This document shows positions 60,835 to 64,000 of a DNA stretch of 64,000 nucleotides, one piece after another. Position 1 is the first letter of the stretch; every line of letters begins with the position of its first letter. The position numbers and the translations under genes were made by a program. The stretch comes from Amoebidium appalachense. Taxonomy: Eukaryota > Protista > Ichthyosporea. The DNA lies in contig CAVNZM010000017.1 of the NCBI GenBank assembly GCA_963693365.1, positions 2,843,527-2,907,526 on the forward strand. Direction: 5' to 3'. The notes below the pieces were generated by a model that was not told the origin of the DNA, did not search any database, and was given only the letters and a program-made list of their open reading frames with translations.

Positions 60835-61872
60835 CTAGCTGTGTGTCTGACCCCTTGTTCTAGATTTCTCCCCCGGTTCATCAATCACACTCGATGCTAA
60901 ACTTTTTCCGGGGGGTTGTTCAGTTGGCGACGAGTTCGCAGCTAGACGCGCAGACCGCCGAAACACATCCGTCGTGACTCCTTTCCCTCTCCTTTGCTTA
61001 CACGCTTTAGGCTTCTCTTCGCCTCCTGTTTTGATAGCAACGACCCCAACTCCCTCCGTATTTTGAAAAGAGGCAAAGCTGGCGGTGTGTATGTGTTTTG
61101 CTTTCTGCTCGCCGTTCCCTTTTTGCACGGCGAAAAGTTCCAACCTCGGCCGCCGCTTGACCTTGCTCGGTTGCGTGTCGCCTGCAACTTCATGTTTGGT
61201 TTGTTCTTGCTTTCGCTGGCGCTTAGCGGACATAGAGGGTATAAGCAAATCCGTGCGTCGCTTTGAAGGTGTTGAAAGGAAGAACGGTGAACGGTCAGGC
61301 ACAGAAACGTTTTGCTTTTCACTCCTTGGTGCTTCACCTATTGTTTCTGAGCCCTCCCATGTTTCGGCGATCTCTGGCCGAGATGGTGGGAGTTTGGGGG
61401 CCTTGGGAAGAATTCTTTGTAGGCGCTCCGTTGCCGTAACTTCATTCAACAACTCACACTCCCAAAAAACATGTACCTTCCACCCGAGTGCCGTTAGCTC
61501 GCTTACATTTTCAGCATCTCGCTGCGTGTTCCTGGCGAACTTCCTCTCCCAAAACTCCACGTTCGTTGACGGATGCGTACACTTCTTACACCCCGCTTCC
61601 CTGCATGTTTCAATATCCGCGTGGTGTCTGTGCCAAAAGCATCCGTTCACAAACAGAACGGCTTGACACGCTTCGAGGACTATGTCTGGGCTGCCGGGAA
61701 GTTCACGGCAGTTATACTCTGCCAGGGATTCACACCCCCATCCTATGTTTGTCAGCAGTTTTCGTAGCTTTAGTTCTGGTCGGGTGGCTGTCTGGGGTAT
61801 CTTGCTCATCACGTAGCTGCGCTGCTCTGGTGTGAGTTTCTCCCCAACCCGTGGACGTTTCTTCGCACCCAT
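60835..61872 (-). CDS. vsr: Vsr (very short patch repair) G:T mismatch endonuclease with a long disordered C-terminal tail; probably extends to 60516
   Basis: Vsr motifs in order: LTPEQRSYVMSKI, TRPELKLRKLL, LPGSPDIV, FVNGCFWHRH, P.TNVEFWERKFARNTQRD, LGWKVHVFWECEL. Intronless; N-terminal KKRPR. Removing one base from the C5 run at 60870-60874 joins this ORF to the 60884-60516 ORF. Confidence 0.93.
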   Translation of the reverse strand: MGAKKRPRVGEKLTPEQRSYVMSKIPQTATRPELKLRKLLTNIGWGCESLAEYNCRELPGSPDIVLEACQAVLFVNGCFWHRHHADIETCREAGCKKCTHPSTNVEFWERKFARNTQRDAENVSELTALGWKVHVFWECELLNEVTATERLQRILPKAPKLPPSRPEIAETWEGSETIGEAPRSEKQNVSVPDRSPFFLSTPSKRRTDLLIPSMSAKRQRKQEQTKHEVAGDTQPSKVKRRPRLELFAVQKGNGEQKAKHIHTASFASFQNTEGVGVVAIKTGGEEKPKACKQRRGKGVTTDVFRRSARLAANSSPTEQPPGKSLASSVIDEPGEKSRTRGQTHS

Positions 61873-62159
61873 GTTCACAAAAAAAATCGGAACTCAAACG
61901 GTAAAAGTTTTAGAGGAGGAGGCAGTCTATTCTCATCACCACATCTACCGAAACCAATGTACGTATAGAAAAGACACCCTAAAAGAAAACGTTCTTTCCG
62001 AGGGCAAACTGAGGCTACTGTGACCCTGTTCCCGGAACCCACTTGTCTTTCTCTGAGCCCCTAATCGTAGACTATTACTTCATGTACGTGTTTTTGATTG
62101 TAGTGTGGATGTCGGCAATACTTATTTGGAGAAGTGTGACGTTATGCAACGTAGACAAA

Positions 62160-62877
62160 ATGGCGCCAACTTGTCGAGAGGCACGAGAAAGCCTCGGTCA
62201 TGAGAAGAAAGAAACTTTGCAGACATGCATATGGGAAGAAACTTTGCAGACATGTATATGGGATGGGAAAGAAGCAATCAACTCAAGAAGAAAATCCAAG
62301 AAAAGATTACGTTCAATAGCTGGCGATATGTCAGACACACCTTGCACGGAGAATGACGGTGAGAAACCACCGGATATTGTAGCAGAGAATTCTTTACACG
62401 TTGCTGCGATGGGGCAACAAGATCAATTAGGGTCTAGTGGTAGTTTCATTGTTCAGAAAATGTTGAATAGCGAAGGGGGACTTCAAACGGAAGGTGTCAA
62501 AGAAATTAACTTCATTGATGAGTCTGCAGGTGTGAATGTTGATAGATCTGGCGACACACGGGTAGAAGGGGAAAAAGTCGCACCGGAGGAGGGTGTGCCG
62601 TTGCAACGTGAAACGAACCCTAGTGGTTCCGAAGGGAGCGGCGGGGGAACAGATGGAAATGTAGTAGCTACGAATGTTCTGAATGGAAGGGATAATGATA
62701 ATGTCGAGGTTGAAAATGCTGGCAAAGAGAACGAAGCGGTTGGTAACATGGGTGAGATTGTGAACGAGCAGGAGACTGGGGGACCTGTGCGTCTAACGCG
62801 AAAACAGAAGAGGAAACTAGACAAGAAACGGAGGAGGAGGCTGGCTGCACTAGCACGGGAACAAGAAGAAAGAGAGA
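62160..62877 (+). CDS. First exon of an unidentified gene divergent from vsr (acidic disordered region, basic NLS-like segment)
   Basis: Repeat-free ORF from ATG 62160 to donor |gtaagc at 62878; RKQKRKLDKKRRRR; in-frame 27-bp duplication (ETLQTCIW x2); downstream exons unresolved. Confidence 0.65.
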
Positions 62878-63003
62878 GTAAGCTCACCTTTCCTTCTATT
62901 AATGTTTTCATATGTACATGCGCCTGTCTGCTTTGGCATGGGTTTCAGTGTATAGACGGTTTTTGTTTGTGTGTGAGTGTATCGGGTTGTGTCCGTGTGA
63001 CTG

Positions 63004-63099
<96 letters not shown>

Positions 63100-63821
63100 T
63101 GGGTGGGCGGGTGGGTGGGTGGATGTATCCAAGTAGTTGTTTCCCGTGACACGTGAAGGGCACCCTAACGGCAAGCGTGCGGGTGTGTCAGATGTTTTTG
63201 AGAGGTCTCTCGATGATTCTCAGATTTTGAAGGAGTGTATCTTATAGGCCTCAAGATTGCATGGGGACGAGTGTATTAGTTTGTGCTGTTTTTGAGGTAT
63301 TTAGTATTAAGGGATTTTGTTGTGCATGGCCCTTCCCCCCCCCCCCCCTCCCCCTGCCCCCCACCACCCACATATACACAAACTTTTTTATTTTTTTTCT
63401 GCTTTCTCCCTCCTCTTGTCTGTCAGCCTCTCTATCTTGTCTCTCTCCTTCTGCCTTTCTCTTCCTTTTTTTTGTTCGGAGAATTGCCTTCACCAATAAC
63501 TCCCAAAATACCTGGACGAAGGAGAGTGTGTCCTGGGGGGGGGGGGGGGGGGGGAGGGAGGGAGGGGGGGGGGAGAGGGGGGGGGAGGTGGAGGGGGGGA
63601 AGGGGGGAGAAGAGGGGGGGGGGGGGAGGGGGGGGGGGGGGAAGGGCAGTAGAGACACGTAGCACAGCAGTTTTGTTCGTAGTGCAGACAGAAACCGTCC
63701 GTGTGGTGATGGTGGTGGTGGTGGTGGTGGTGGTGATGGTTGTTGTTGTGGTGGTGGTGGTGGGGGGTGGGGGGGCTAAGGGCTGTAAATTGGCGATAGA
63801 AGATAATGGCCGCCTATATCA

Positions 63822-63908
<87 letters not shown>

Positions 63909-63936
63909 CCCCCTCCCCCCCTCTCTCCCTCTCTCT

Positions 63937-63989
<53 letters not shown>

Positions 63990-64000
63990 CCCTCTCTCTC

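Overview
Eukaryotic (opisthokont-like, possibly unicellular holozoan) genomic DNA saturated with (CA)n/(GT)n microsatellites and poly-G/poly-C runs; most ORF-track entries are repeat artefacts. Supportable genes: the 5' part of a class V myosin (11 exons, minus, 1-11598), an intronless multi-pass membrane protein (19405-20808), a ~28-exon minus-strand gene with a RIN13/zgc:112980-like Cys/His domain (24692-46404), an intronless bacterial-type Vsr G:T-mismatch endonuclease with a long eukaryotic tail (minus, from 61872), a divergent partner gene (from 62160), and two broken copies of a secreted Cys-repeat peptide gene inside a ~3 kb inverted duplication. Repeats include a tRNA-derived SINE with a 17-bp TSD, a 3.1-kb TIR element with an 8-bp TSD and a Merlin/IS1595-like remnant, an intronic repeat family, a hairpin whose mismatches are mostly GA/GA, and minisatellites. 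Best candidates for new biology: (1) a eukaryotic Vsr carrying NLS-like and MLH1-interacting (MIP-box-like) motifs; (2) recurrent intronic 'echoes' of exon 3' ends that differ from the real exon mostly at synonymous sites; (3) introns with G/GT-rich 5' ends and C/CA-rich 3' ends, often without a polypyrimidine tract. All exon models were read by eye and family calls come from motif recall, not database searches.
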